A DNA stretch of 64,000 nucleotides from Hydrolagus colliei (GCA_035084275.1 CM068753.1:12648001-12712000); one strand, 5' to 3'. Positions 49,163 to 62,742 are shown, numbered from the stretch's first letter. Numbers and translations: made by a program. Notes: a model not told the origin generated them from the letters alone.

Positions 49163-50820
49163 GCATGTTTTCGTCATTTCCTGAGAAGAAGATATATATT
49201 AAAAAAAAAGAGCGAAAGTTTGTCAGACTTACTTGTGAGATCTCTCCATAATGTGGCAAGTTTGGAGGAGGTTCAGTCCCTTTTTTGACAAAAGTAACAA
49301 AAATGTTTTAAAACGACTTTTAGTGCCATTGAGTATCCCGTTGGGGGAGATGTTTCTGATTTTTTTCTACTTTTTTTGTTGGAAAAAAAGGAATTTGTAT
49401 TCTACATACATTGAATGGACTTGTTTGGTACTTGGGAATCTCCTCTCCTGAAGTCAATGTCAGTGTTGAAAGTTGCTGAACTGTACAGTCATACACACAC
49501 AGACTTTGCAGCAGACTTTGGACAGCAGTCCTGCCAAGTTGGACCCGTGGGTGGGAGGGGGTGGGTCGGGGTGAGGTGGGGGCGGGGAGGGGAAGGGGCT
49601 TCTGATCGAAACTGTTCATAGCTCAAAACTGCAGGTAGAGCTCTTCCCAGAACGCTCATATTTCAAATGGAAGACTGGGGCTTAAACTGATTTGCACAGT
49701 ACTGGGAGTGGATTGTTTTAATATCACTGCCTTTTGATCCACATTTGTTTCCATGGGACAAGGGGGAGAAGGGAGATAATTTGTGAAAAAGAAATGATTT
49801 AGCTGAAATTTTATTGTGTCACTGTTTGCTTCTGCCGTGCCCTAGCAGTTTTTATAATCTCTGGAGGACCTCATTATGCTCTATGTTCAGCAGTAGTGAT
49901 TGAATATGTGTGTGTGTTTTTTTTTAGAAAACAAAAACCAATGGCACAAAACGCCTGATGTCGGTTTGTAACACACTCAGTAGTTTTTCTGTCATCCATT
50001 CCCCTTTTAAGATCACCGAAAAGTTGTTCTTTTGTTGTGTGTCAAAAAACAAAGTTGAAACCTCAGGCCAGTTTTTATTCTGTGTAACTATACTGCTTAT
50101 TCCATTTGCTTTCAGTCAGCGATCAGAGAGCCCAACACTGCACTGCTCTTGCGGATGATGCATTTTTAGGAAAGTTGCAGCAAAACAACTAGGGGAGAGA
50201 ATGACAGAAAAAAGGAAAGGCGGGATTTATTATTACACAGCTCTTGTCAAAATGTTCCTGTCTTTTTGTTTATTTGGGTTCACCAAGTAGGAAAGGAGAC
50301 ACAAGCAATCGAGTCAAATTAGAAACGCGTGAAAATTTTTGTCTACTCAATTAAAACATTTACACTGCAGTTGGAGGCTTCTCACTTCTCACTTCAGGCT
50401 TATGCCCAGTGCTGTGCTAAGTCGCTCAGTAGGTAGAGATTTTTTTTTGTCTTTTTTTTTTTTGTCTTTCAATAACTTCTTAGATAAATTCACGGTAGGT
50501 AGTGAGAGTAGAAAGCTATGCCATTGGGAGCTCGGCTTGCGAGTTTAAAATGATTCAAAACCTTGCATCCAGATCACAATTCTGTTGATTGTAGGTCAAA
50601 GAATTATTTTCCAAGAACACTCAAAACACCTTTCCTGTTTCAAGGCTGCGACTGGTCACTTTTCTGTCCCCCCCCCTCCGACCCCCCTCCCCCCCCCCGG
50701 CCCACCCCATCCCACCCCTCATGTATTTATTTAGGACGATAGATTTTCAGTTAAAGAAGCTTACGGAGCTGTATTTATTTTTTCTTTTTTAAAAAAAAAT
50801 CAGATAAATTTTCTGAGATT

Positions 50821-50828
50821 ACCAAAGA
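50821..50828 (+). promoter_or_regulatory. miR-9 8mer seed match in the 3'UTR
   Basis: ACCAAAGA is complementary to miR-9-5p nt 2-8 plus A1. A second ACCAAAG lies at 51039-51045. Confidence 0.6.
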
Positions 50829-53148
50829 TGATCTAAAAGGTAAATTATATGTTCTTCTCTGTTTGATGCTTTATCTGATGAAGCCAAATAGCCTCTTATT
50901 GTTGATCAAAAGGAGGTACAAGAATCTAGAGAGGGAAATGGCTAAAAATGGACGGATGCATAGACAATAAGTAACCTGTGACTTCAAAAGGCTCCTCTTT
51001 AATCGTGTCTGTCAATGGGCCTAAAGTTTGTGACTTGAACCAAAGGTATTATCTCTGAAAATTCACATTTTGTTTCCCCCCCCCCCTACGATGATCAAGT
51101 CCACTCGCTCCATGTGGGAAGATGGAATTGGAGAAACGTGTGACCAAACCAGGGAACTGTATCACAGAGGCCACACACACACGCAAACACAAACACATAT
51201 ACACACACACACACAAAGGAGCATTCTATCACGAGAAGGTGAATGTAGATCCTCTCTGTGCAAGCGGGAGTAATGCAAAGAGATGGTGAAGATGTAAGAT
51301 TCCAGTGGTAATACAGAGAGCAAAGGAATAGCTTCTTCCATGACTGGACTGGACGGACCACATAATGGCGTTTTAGGTTAAGGTTTATTATGGGACGCTG
51401 TGTTTGAAAGACAGTCCGCCACTTGAGTTTGCAGACCCAATATCCTTTATTGTGCCAAGGGCACCGATTTTTGGTTTACCGTGGCAGCCACCTTCCAAAT
51501 GTATTTGGTTTTGTTTCAGCATTCTTCGTCAACGAACACACTCCTGTGCATTCAAACATTCGCTTGGTACAACAAAACGTCGCAACAGTTACTTTTGTTT
51601 TTGAGCTTAATCGTGCTTTCTGTTAAAAGGGCAGTCTGTGGTCTTTTTCAAGAAAACAACCCTATTCGTAATGGCATTCCAGGCAGCTTCATGAGGATGT
51701 GCAGGCAGTAGCTAAATGGGATGATGAGAAAGGATCCCATGTTTTCAAACTGAGTGAGTGGTCTGTTGGCTAGCTCTGTATTTTGAGGGGAATAAGGAGA
51801 TGGTTAGATTAGTACATTCTCAGCATGTGTAGCTAGACATGACTAAAGTTAACAGCATGAGAAACTGTTAGTACGCATACCTCAGTTCAAACGTTTAGAG
51901 AATGAAAAATAAAACATTTCACTCAGTTGCACTTAGTTGTATGTCTTGCATGTTTTAGTCTAAAGAAGAGCAGAATTAGAGCTTGCATATCTAGCGGGTG
52001 CCACAGCCTTTCAGCAGAACCAACTCTGAACCTCAGACTCTTTATGTACAGGATTCCGATATGATTGAACATTGTCACCATATATCCCTTTGGATATACA
52101 GTAGCTCCTAAAAGGGTAGGGGTTTGTTACGATGTACATAAAATATCCCAATGTGTCGGTGCAAGCCTTTGTCTTTTTTTTCTGTTTCTTTTTAAAACAC
52201 TTGTTTCTTTTAAACAAAAGACAAAAAAAAACATATCTGTTAAATCACATTTGCTTTTTGTGCAACTGCTTTGTATTGACTATATTAAAGAAAAAAAAGC
52301 TTTGAAAAACTACTGTATGTATTGAAACTGCAAAAATGTTCTGCACATGTATTTTACTTATTAACCCTTGCTTTGAGAATTACAGAGACATTTGCTGACA
52401 GTTGGGAGTAAAGTTCCCTTACTTTTTTTGCTATAACTGTAGTACAGTTGACAGAAATTTTAAGTTTCCATTTGAACGAAGCATTTTGTACAGTTTTGTT
52501 TGTGTTAGGCTGTTTCGATACCTCCCTTCGCTTACAAAGGTCCAACCACTGCCCTCTGCAACGGTCTTAAACATTTGAAGGATTTGAAGAAGACAGTTTA
52601 ACAAAATAAAAGTCATTTCTCTTCCTGCTGTCATGAATACTTAGCATGAGGGATTCCAGGGCCAGTTGCAGTGAAGTAATGATTATTAAAAACTGGGGAG
52701 TGTCAACCTGTTGATAATTTTTTAAAAGAACTTTACAAGGTGCCAAGATGTAAAGATAATTTGTTACATGCTTTTTCTCTAAGAAAAGCGTACATTATCA
52801 TGATCGAAGTGCCATGATTCAGGTAACTTCAATGTCAGGAATGAGAGTCACAGCCTTCTATACCGTCGAGAGAGAAAGAGAGAGAGAGAGGGGGAGAAAA
52901 AAAGCCAGTGAATATATAACATCTGATTGTTTCTTAAAGGTTGTTTGAAAAATGGTACAGATTGGGGACGTTGTGTTATCATGGTGCTTTGAATGTTGTT
53001 GCTGCCAGTTAAGAGATTATTGTAGAGGCATATAGGAACTCATTCCTTACATCAGTGTAATCCATCATTCCATGTCTGTTGATGCAGACAATAAAAAAAT
53101 TCATGTGTGTAGTCAGTACTAATTACTGACATTAGCATTCTCAAATGC

Positions 53149-53154
53149 AATAAA
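53149..53154 (+). terminator. Probable distal polyadenylation signal
   Basis: AATAAA followed by GT-rich sequence (ggttgttcacactgtttg). A second AATAAA lies at 53090-53095. Confidence 0.7.
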
Positions 53155-56030
53155 AATGCTGGTTGTTCACACTGTTTGCAGCGTTATCATTTTCAGGGTC
53201 TGTGTTAAACCCAAACTGATCACTTTACAGCAGTGGTCTCTTTCCAATATATATATATATATTTTAAAAATTCCCCATGAAACGGATGAATTGGCTAGTT
53301 ATCAAACGGCATTCTGACATTTCCTGACCTAGCCGTAAAGATGACCAGGACAAGTGTCAGTGCTTAAACATTACATTTTCCCCATAATTAATAATGGCGG
53401 TTAAACTGTCTCCTTGTAACAGCAATTTAGGTAACTGCATTTGATCAGCTATAAATTCTAACTGCATTAAAATTCTAGAAATATTAGTAATATGGATTTC
53501 TTGATGGAAATTATTGCTGATCACAAGTGGTTTGTTTTAACGACCAATGCACAGGTTACGTTGGCCACAAAACTGAGTACACAGGTCAAGTCTGTACACT
53601 TTTAATCTTGTGAAACAAGCAATTACAAATAGCTGCATCGATTTGTTAAAAAGCTTTAGGTGACATGAATTGTTTCCAGTTTATATTATTGCTCAGGCTT
53701 ATGAATGTCAGGGGGGGGATAATTTTAATTTGGGTCACAAAATGATCAGGGTCACTGCAGGAAATGTCCAATCAAATATATGATTACCTTGCTATCTAAA
53801 TCTCTCATCTCTCCCTCTCTTCCCCCCGCGCCCCCATGTAATCTCCATTTTGTTGGTATAGCAGGTTCACTTGGGGGCGGGGGGGGGAAACCGTTGGCAA
53901 AAATGTTCAGAAAAATTTGTTTAGCAAATATTAACACATGTTGTAATGGGATACAGAAGTAACTCTATACTTGCATTCCTCATTAACTTGACCTTTTTTT
54001 AAAAAAAAACACACATGCTTTTTATTATTCTGTGCACAAGTTGAAAATCCACATTTCAAAAATTTCCATCCAGCTCGGAATGTCTCTGGCACATAACACA
54101 GCTGAATTATTCAAAATACTTAAGCCTAAAGAGAACAAACAATTCAAGACTTTTCAACAGCTGGTATGTTACTTATTGAGAATTCGTTTTAGCAATGAAC
54201 GTAATCCATTTTTTAAATTAAAAAATACCTTGCTTGGTGCCGACACCAGAGAACGAGCATTGAACTTGGCATTAAAATCTTTACAATAAGTGGTATTACT
54301 GCACAATAATAACATTAAATTATCCATTTGCTGTTTTTGTCCACTCCGTTCAATTCTGCAAATGCTAATTATAGGGCAGTAAAAACATTGCCTGGTGTTC
54401 CAGGTGAAAGCACATTAAATATATGGAACTAAAAACACCCAATTTAATAAATAATGAGCGAAAGCACTAAATGTGCTATATTGTCCATTTGCTACAAAGA
54501 CGTTGTATTCAATGTGTTTATTTTGAAATCGGGGGGTTGAGAGTACAGGACTGAAGTGGAAGTCTTACACATTATTGGAATGTGAGCTTGCGAGCACTTT
54601 TTCTACAGCGAGCATTGGAAATGTGGAGTTGAGATGATGTATGCGATGGAAACAATTGATGCAGCTTTGCACTTTTACAGTAATTAGCGATAAAATGTCA
54701 TGTTACTGCCACCCGGTGTGATTAAAACTCGGTCTTTTTTAGAAAGGAGAAGGGGAGTGCGGAACAAACTGCTTCCACTGAATATGCAGTAACTAGGCTC
54801 CAAACATTCAATCCATTCATTAAGTTTTACATGGGTTCTTTGCAAAGTGTGCCTCCCAGCTCCTCTCTTTACACCACTAATGAGCTTCATGCTAAGCTGG
54901 TTGCACATTCCCATTGTTTCACGTTTTAAGAAATTACAATAGGTTCGAAAACAGGCTTGCTGTTCATTGCGGAACGGTCCCAGCACTCACATTAGTCGAG
55001 ATTAAAAGGTTTGAGGAATAAATGGACTCGCATTCTAGTCAGGATAAGTCTTTAATCAATATCTTAAACTTTAATTATCTCAGCAAGCGGGACTGACGAA
55101 AACTCTGTCAAATGTAACATAATGGATTCTTGTTAAAACACAACCAAAATAATGAGTTCTTTACTAATGTAAAATAACCAGCTTGACTAGCAAGCACCTC
55201 TAAAACACGCAACCTTCAGCATCTACTCATACAAAGTGTCAACACTGTGTTATTTCTCTGTCACAATTTGGATAGTGTTATGTTCAGATCCTATACCACT
55301 TAATCTCACACTCCGGATCCTTTTGTTCGGTTGGTGAGTTTTTAAAGTTGCTTTGAAACTCACTAGAATTTTCCCACTTGTCGTTTTCGTGCATTAAAGG
55401 CAACCGAGTAGGAATATGGTGAGTTTCGCAAACAAATTCGAATAAGCTCAGCAGTAGAATTTTCAAACAATCAAACCTGTAGCCTAAGCTGGGCAGAGAA
55501 ACAGCTGAAGGAAACGAGAAGATATTTTCCGCCCAATGCATAGTTTTAATAATACAATGAGTTTCTTCCATTCTTAAAACGCTTTTTGAGTTGCATTTTC
55601 GCACTCAAAGCAGTATTTTTGAATCATTGTTTCAATATAAAACATTGAAAAAAATCGCCATCAAATCGAGAGGAGAGAAAAAAGCAACAGGCAAATGCAA
55701 TTGTCTGCGAATCATTTATAATGCGAAACTTCTGAGGCTAAAACGCAGTGTTATAATTACTAAGCTTGAAGTGGAAATGTAGTAAGATTGGTTGGGTCCA
55801 GATATAAGCATGTCTATCAGATCAAGGGATGTGGGGCGGCGGGGGGGGGAAATAATACAGCATGAGAACAAAGCTCTTGATATCTTTCAATAGGATGTGT
55901 TATTCGTTATGATGAGTTAGTAGTCAGACATCAAATTATGTGTCAGTGTATCTCAGTGGTAGCATTCTCGCACTCATAATGAGTCAGAAAATTGTAGATT
56001 CAAGCCTCACATTGCGACTTGGAATCACAG

Positions 56031-56347
56031 AGTAATCCTGGCATTTGATATCGCGCTTTTCACGTCTGCTAGACGCCTCAGAGCGCTTCACAGAATGTAC
56101 TGTAAAGTGAATTGACTGTATATTTGTGGGCGAAACGCGGCAGCCAATTGTGCACAGCAGCGTCCCGCAAACAGTCGTGGATTCAAATGACCAATTTATT
56201 ATTGTTTGTTTTTGTATTGTTTTTTTGAGGGATTATTACTAGGTGTGTGGAGTAAGGACACTTGCCCAAGGTTTCGCCCTGACCTGGAATTCAACCCAGG
56301 TCTCTCGCTTGTAAGGCGAGTGATCTAACCACTGAGCTACAGGACTC
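56031..56347 (-). mobile_element. Full-length SINE
   Basis: Reverse complement of the family sequence, ending ...ctaaccactgagctacaggactc. Confidence 0.9.
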
Positions 56348-56399
56348 CACAGAGATCCCTTTGGCGCTATTCGAACCGAAAATGGAGTTTCTCCTGGTG

Positions 56400-56598
56400 A
56401 CCTGACCAACAAATCCCCCGAATAAAACAAATTGGTCACTCACTCCATGGCTTTTGTGGGACGTTGCGGTGTGCAATTGGTTGCTGTGTTTTGCCCGCAA
56501 AATATCCAGTCACTCCACTTTACAGACTGCTCTGTGAAGCACTTTGCGGCATCTTGAAGACGTGGTAAGGGGTTACACCAATTGCCAGGATGCAATTA
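56400..56598 (+). mobile_element. 5'-truncated SINE, inverted relative to the preceding copy
   Basis: ttgtgggacgttgcggtgtgcaattggttgctg...gaagacgtggtaagggg. Confidence 0.8.
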
Positions 56599-57439
56599 CA
56601 GTGCACAACTTCAGCTGAAGGGATACAAAATTAGAGCTCGTGCCTCAATCTTTGGGTATGTGACTGATACATGGATAATAAATATAGTGTCCTGTATACA
56701 TTACAGCAGGACAGATGAATATGAATCATTCATGTGGGTTCAATCATATCAAAATGTCTTGACAGTATATATGGCAGTAGTGATGCAATTTTTTTTCAAA
56801 GTCAAATCAACAGTTTAGAGCAGAGTTTGGCGTAAATAAAAGTGGCAGAACCTGTTTTTTTTCCAATACCTTCCCACATACTATAGAATTGAATGTATTT
56901 TACCTACTTTCCATAGGTCTGTCTTTGAAAACATTTCTGTGAAGTTTTGCTCTGTGAGTAATCTGGTTAAGATTTTCCATACAATCAACAGCTGTATTAG
57001 ACAGTAAATAAAATTAAAGTGACTGACTCCCTTGTGGATTGCCAATTTATTTTCGTGCAGTGACTATTGAAAATGCTGACGTTTTATCGCCAGCGGTGTC
57101 TTGATGACTTCCCGAATCCTCTAAAGGGGGGTACGCCTTGTTGTAACTGACAAAAACCCTGTGAAAAGCGGAATTGCGAGCGGTTCTGTGGGGTTTTGAA
57201 GCCGCCACTATGCCTGGTGGAGTCGCTAGGTTGACTGCGAACCACATCCTCAGAATGTGAGTGCGGTGAGTGGCACAAAATCCCCTGTCTGGTACACTAC
57301 TTTTATAGTCCGATTGCAGAGCAGGAGAAGCTGAAGGGTAGAAGGCTTTGAGGTGCGAGCGACTACAAAACAAGGTGGTAACGTACCTACTCGTCGATCT
57401 CAGAGTATGTAACTGCAGAGGTCTGCAATCCCAACTGCA

Positions 57440-57712
57440 ATCCAGTGAGAGAGACCTGGGTTCGGTTTCCGTCAGGGCAAAACCCTGGGCAAGTTTCCTT
57501 ACTCCACAAGTCTGGTAATAATCCCACAAAAAAACAACAATAATAAATCAGTCACTTCAATCCACGATTGTGGGACACCGCTGTGTGCAATTGGCTGCCG
57601 CGTTTTGCCCGCAAACCTACAATCGATTCACTTTACAGTATATTCTATGAAGCGCTTTTAGACGCCTGCAAGTCGAAAACAACGCGATATCAAATGCAAG
57701 GATTTTATTATA
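57440..57712 (+). mobile_element. SINE, slightly 5'-truncated
   Basis: gagagacctgggttcggtttcc...gggcaagtttccttactccac...tatcaaatgcaaggattttatta. Confidence 0.88.
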
Positions 57713-58109
57713 GTCCTGTTGCTGACAGTAACAATTGTCCCTTTTAAAGCCCGCTCCAGTCCAGCTAAAAAAATTGGGGATATTTGGAAACCTAAGTGGT
57801 CACTTAGGACATGTCCAAAGAGCATGGACAAAAAATATAAATTCACTGTGATCTTCACGGCAAAGAGTTTTCATTTTGATTGCTTGCTGCCGCATAATAC
57901 TCAAATTGCAACGCCTCCATTGAGCAGAGTACCTAGAAATGAATGCGTCATTTTTGGAGTGGTATTGAATGTGATTTACCCCACACTGTGTGTGGCAAAG
58001 CAACACCGAGGCATCTTGTTTTTCTCCCATCGCACGCACGAAGCTCCTTCAGCGCAAAGTATGTCGCGTTTCCGAACTAAAAGCCCTGTAGACATCCCAA
58101 TGCAGTGTT

Positions 58110-58415
58110 AAACTGTTTTTTAATCAGGTCCCAGTCCCTGCCACCCTCCCCGCCAGCAATTCCAGCTGTCGATTACTCTCTGTGTGAAGAAATACCTTGT
58201 ACAGTAGTTCCTATTTGTGCCTGATTTTTACCCTTCACAACTCTGTACCTGCGATCACTTGTTCTGTTGCCCCGACGCATCTGAAAATATCGTGCGTTAG
58301 GTTTTTACTTACACAATCCCATTCAGAATCTCACACAAATATCTTTCATAAAGTCTCTTGTGAAATGTCTCTTTAAAAGGCTGGAGTGCCCTGGTTTATT
58401 TATTTGTTCCTCGCA
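58110..58415 (-). mobile_element. Degraded CR1-like ORF2 3' fragment
   Basis: ttccagctgtcgattactctctgtgtgaagaaatacc reads on the minus strand as RYFFTQRVIDSWN, a CR1 RT C-terminal motif. Confidence 0.6.
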
Positions 58416-59604
58416 GCTCGTCCCTTGAGTTAATAATACACGCCTTCCCCATAAGGAGAAAAGCAGATTGTCAGAAAACGATTAACTCAGAGTTTGTTTC
58501 GTGGGCATGACATTTTAGGACTGATTGAAGTCAAGACAGCTTTCTGTACGTTCTCTTACGAACGACTAACCCACAACTATCAACAGTCTGTAAGGCCAAT
58601 GAGAATTGAGCTCCCCAACTAAGGAGATTAATAAATCACCTATTGGCATTTTCAGTCCAATGGTTGTAAACTGTTGATCCTACCAGAGTCAAGCACTCTG
58701 AGATGTTATCCTTAGTGAAAGAGGCTGATAGAAATTGTGCGTTTCACTTAGGAAGTTGTTGTCGCCACTTGCACAGTGTGATCAGTTGACTCGTGGGTTT
58801 GCTAACTAAGTAAGATGAGAAACATTAATGCGCCGTCAGATGATAGAAAAGATACCCATAGGTCAGTGTGCGTGTGTGTGTGTAAAAAAAAAAGCCATGT
58901 ACTTTTGTCATTTCTAATAAGCAACAAAAAAAAACACAGTCTGGAAACTTCAGTCCAGTCAAGAAAGTCTTAGGACGGCCAAACAAGCTCTTAAAGGAAA
59001 AATGCAAACTGTTGACTCTGCTGACCATTATAAACACACAGTGTGTTTGAGGCACTGGCTGTGCTTTCTAAGGCTGAAAAATACATATTTCTAAATCGTC
59101 GTCAGAGGAAGCCGCAGATAATTCCTCAGGGTTCGGCATGGCAGGCAGTTACTACCTTTAAAAGGTTCTCCTTTTTCGATCTGGCATCTGTGTCCGTGGG
59201 GTGGGGGGGGGGGGGGGGGGGGGAAAGGTACTCAGGATCAGCTCCCTCCACCACACAGCTCTCTCTCCTGTGAAGGCAGCTCCTGGCTACCCTTGGAAAC
59301 TCTCCCGCAGCACTCACAAGGGGTCAGCCTCATGACTGCACAGGAATTGTGTTCTTGGCAAAATGAACGTTTTCTGGAAATTCAAAATACTGGCAGCGTT
59401 CACCGCTGGCCACGGGATCAGAGGAGAGCATGCCTCAGATGTTTGATCAGCTGATTGCAGCCACTTTGGCAGCACGCTTGTCTTTTCACCTGGCCTTTTC
59501 CAACGCAACCCAAATAGATCTATAGTCACCAGAAGTCTGCCCAGTGTCACGCACAGAGAGGAGTGGAGGGGAATCGGTACAAGTTGCTTAGATCTGCTCG
59601 CACA

Positions 59605-59945
59605 GGAATAATAATAATAATACTCCTTGAATTTGATATAGCACCTAATCACATCTGTGAGATAATAATAATAATAATCATGCCTCAAAGCGCTTCACTT
59701 TGACATTTTCGGTTGTGGCAGTGAGTAGCGAAACGTCTTATATTGTAAAGCGAATTGACTGTATACTTTGTGGACAAAACACGGCAACCAATTGAGCAAC
59801 AACAAGCCGTCACGAGCGACCAAATAATTACTTTTGTTAATAAAATAATGCTATTAATCCTTGCATGTGAGATAGCGCCCTTCATTGTCAGGAGGATGTC
59901 TCAGAGCACTTCACAGGATTTACTGTAGAGTGTAAGTGACTGTCC
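59605..59945 (-). mobile_element. Cluster of nested or tandem SINE 3' fragments
   Basis: Several (aat)n + ttg(c/a)at(t/g)tgat(a)tagc tails and ctcaaagcgcttcac segments. Confidence 0.75.
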
Positions 59946-60414
59946 AGTAAGTCTAATGACCTGACAGAGATAAGATGTTGTCTGCAATTATCTGTCCCTG
60001 TCACAGATTACAAATGAACAGAGAGAATAAAATGTCCAGGGGTGCAATATTTCTTTGACTAATATCCAATATGACTTTGCTAACCTCGTGCTCTGAACAA
60101 GAATAAAGGAATACGTTTCTTTTCAAAAAAAATCTTTCAGAGAGAAAAAATAAGTGAGCAAAATGCCACAGAACACAAAACAATCTTTTCAAAATACGAA
60201 TGCAAAAAAAAAATGGGAGAATGTATAATTTCCTTAAATTGCCAAGGAATGTTATCTTGGCTTCTGGTCAAAAGAATTGTTGAGATTTAGTATGGGGGTA
60301 GCGTATACTGGGGCATGGGAAGAAGGCATGTGATACACTGTGAGTGTATCTTAAAATTCCTGAAAAGCTCTCGAGTGGACTGTGTTACCTTTAGATCATT
60401 CTCACACTATATAA

Positions 60415-60550
60415 CATCATTATCTGTATGTTTGATATAGTGCCTTGTCATGTCATCGAGACGTCTCAAAGCGCTTCACAAGATATTTTACTGAAAAGCA
60501 TAGTGACCACGTATTTTGAAGATGGACGTGACAGCCAATTTGTGCACTGA
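60415..60550 (-). mobile_element. SINE 3' fragment
   Basis: tttgatatagtgccttgtcatgtcatcgagacgtctcaaagcgcttcaca...agccaatttgtgcac. Confidence 0.8.
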
Positions 60551-60770
60551 TCATTTTTACGTGGGATAAAATATACATGAAAAGCTGCATCGGAGGTATA
60601 ACGCACTATACCTCTAATGAGTTAGTTGATCTCTCGAAGGTTTCTAAAATCCAAAGTATTCCTGGCAAAATAACCCTTTACATTGAAAACTGCGTGTTTT
60701 TGATTTGCTCAAAAATGTGCCCACTGCAAAAATAGTCCGACTGTGTGTGAGGCTGCTTCAAGAGGATGTT

Positions 60771-61063
60771 ATAATAATAATTGTTGCATTTGATATGGCG
60801 CTTTTCACGTCTTCTAGACGTCTCAAAGTGCTTCACATAATATACTGCAAAGTGAAATAGCTGCATATTTGTGAGCGAAACATGGCAGCCAATTGCTCAC
60901 AATAGTTTCCCACAAACAGGCAAATTATTATTGTTTTTTTTCCTTGAGGGATTATTGTCAGGCATGTGGGGTAAGGAGACTTGCCCAAGGTTTCGCTCTG
61001 CTGGGAATCGAACCCAGGTCTCTTGCTTGCGAGGCGAGTGCTCTAACCACTGAATTACAGGAC
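60771..61063 (-). mobile_element. Full-length SINE with tRNA-Ala(CGC)-like head
   Basis: Reverse complement reads gtcctgtaattcagtggttagagcactcgcctcgcaagcaagagacctgggttcgattccc... Confidence 0.9.
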
Positions 61064-62742
61064 CGTTGATGATGATCTTGTGGCACTGCTACAAAGAAGA
61101 GGCAATTTACAAGAAAAGTCAAGACGCTTCACTTTAGAGAAAAAATTGGATGATTTTGTCTCTATTTTTGGTCAAACTTCTTTGAATAAAAACTACTCCC
61201 TTTGGAGTATATCACTTCACTTCTCCTTTAAAGGCTGACAAGAGAGTCTGTCTTGTTTGAGTCAGATACCCACCCCTCCTCCCCCCAGCCATTGTCTTAA
61301 TTGGACTTTTAGTTAGTGCCTGCTAATCCCCTTCATCTGGGTTTAATTACAGTAAGGAAAATCTGAAATTGCAACAATTAAGGTAAATGTCATATTAGCA
61401 CCTAAAACACATGTGAAAAGTGTGTGGTGAAAGTCTCGCAAACGAGGAGATGCAGTGAATAATTCCCTCTAGTGTAACGTGGTGAAAGAATTCTGAGTTC
61501 AGATTGGCAACGCACGTGATATTGATCGTATAGGCAATGGATGGATTCTCTCCCTCCCCCCCCCCCCCCCCCCCACCACCACCACCCCGGCCCGCATCCT
61601 CACCCACAATCTCAGACTCTGTGAAGTGTGCCTGAGAACCTGCCAGTGGGACAATCAACAACGAGCTCAAAGGCTGAAAGCGCTGGCGACTCGCAGCCAA
61701 AGACTGGCAAGTAATGTGAGACCGACAGACAAAAAAGCTCGTCTTCAGTTCATTTTAGTTCAATCATGATTTATTTCTCGAATATTGTTTCTCGATGTGC
61801 GGTGACCATTTACTCGCCCCCTCCCTCCCTCCCTCCCTCCTCAGCCTCAGTGACACCCAATACAAAATGTTGTTTGGATGGTGCTTTTGGTACCTGAACA
61901 GAAAGATGCACAGAGTGCACAGCGGGATTGCAACGCATGCAATTGCATCACGTAGGCACTAATGAAATGCTCCCGCGCATCACACAGAAAGTATCAGTTG
62001 AATGTGAAACCAGTGGCTTTTTAGTTGACTTTAAGAAAGCATAACAGGAAACAAACATTAGTCAATTTGGTGAAATATTAATCGTGCGATTCAAGTTAAG
62101 AGTAAAGCATTGACTTGGAAATACACAATTATTTCATCCAAGAGAGTTTACAGTTTAACGCGTACGTGGGCAGTAAATAGAAACGCAGGCGTCAGCATTA
62201 CCAAGGAGACTTGGGGGTAACACGAGATTAAGCAAAGACTTCAGTGAAGGGTAATATCTTCAGCTAAAATCCATTTTTAGTTTAGTGAAACAATTAAGAT
62301 CTTTGCAATTAGTATTTGAAGGAGCTGAAATGAGTGTGAACCACAAAATCATTATAACAAGTGTTAGAACACTTGAAAAAACAGTATTATACACTAATTG
62401 CTAAGTTGACTGAATTAGTTGACTGGGTAGTTGCTAATCATTACAGTGCATTGGAACATTGCTTTTCCTGTCCTGCAAAACACTAGCAAGAAGCAATGGT
62501 ACCAAAGATCTTTCGTGACTCTTCCAATTGTCCTGAAGGAAAAACAACAATATCACAGTGTGAGCTCTACTCGTTCAGATCCAGTAAAACATAACTAAGT
62601 CATATTAATTGGAACCATACATTTAAATATATATTTAATATACAAGCATGAGTTATGCCATACTTGCATAGAATATAAACTCTTGAAAGGGACTTGGACA
62701 AATTATGATTTAGGCAGGATGAAACCGTGGGCAAGTTTGGTG

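Larger units (their letters stand above)
49163..53175 (+). other. FOXP1: FOXP1 long 3'UTR (~4 kb)
   Basis: Follows the stop codon; no recognisable SINEs; miRNA seed matches; ends with AATAAA at 53090 and 53149. Distal blocks resemble my recollection of the mammalian FOXP1 mRNA end (not aligned). Confidence 0.75.

Noticed and set aside
56031-56598. Functional hairpin RNA from adjacent inverted SINEs
   Set aside because: Lies beyond the poly(A) site with no evidence of transcription, and is expected at this SINE density.
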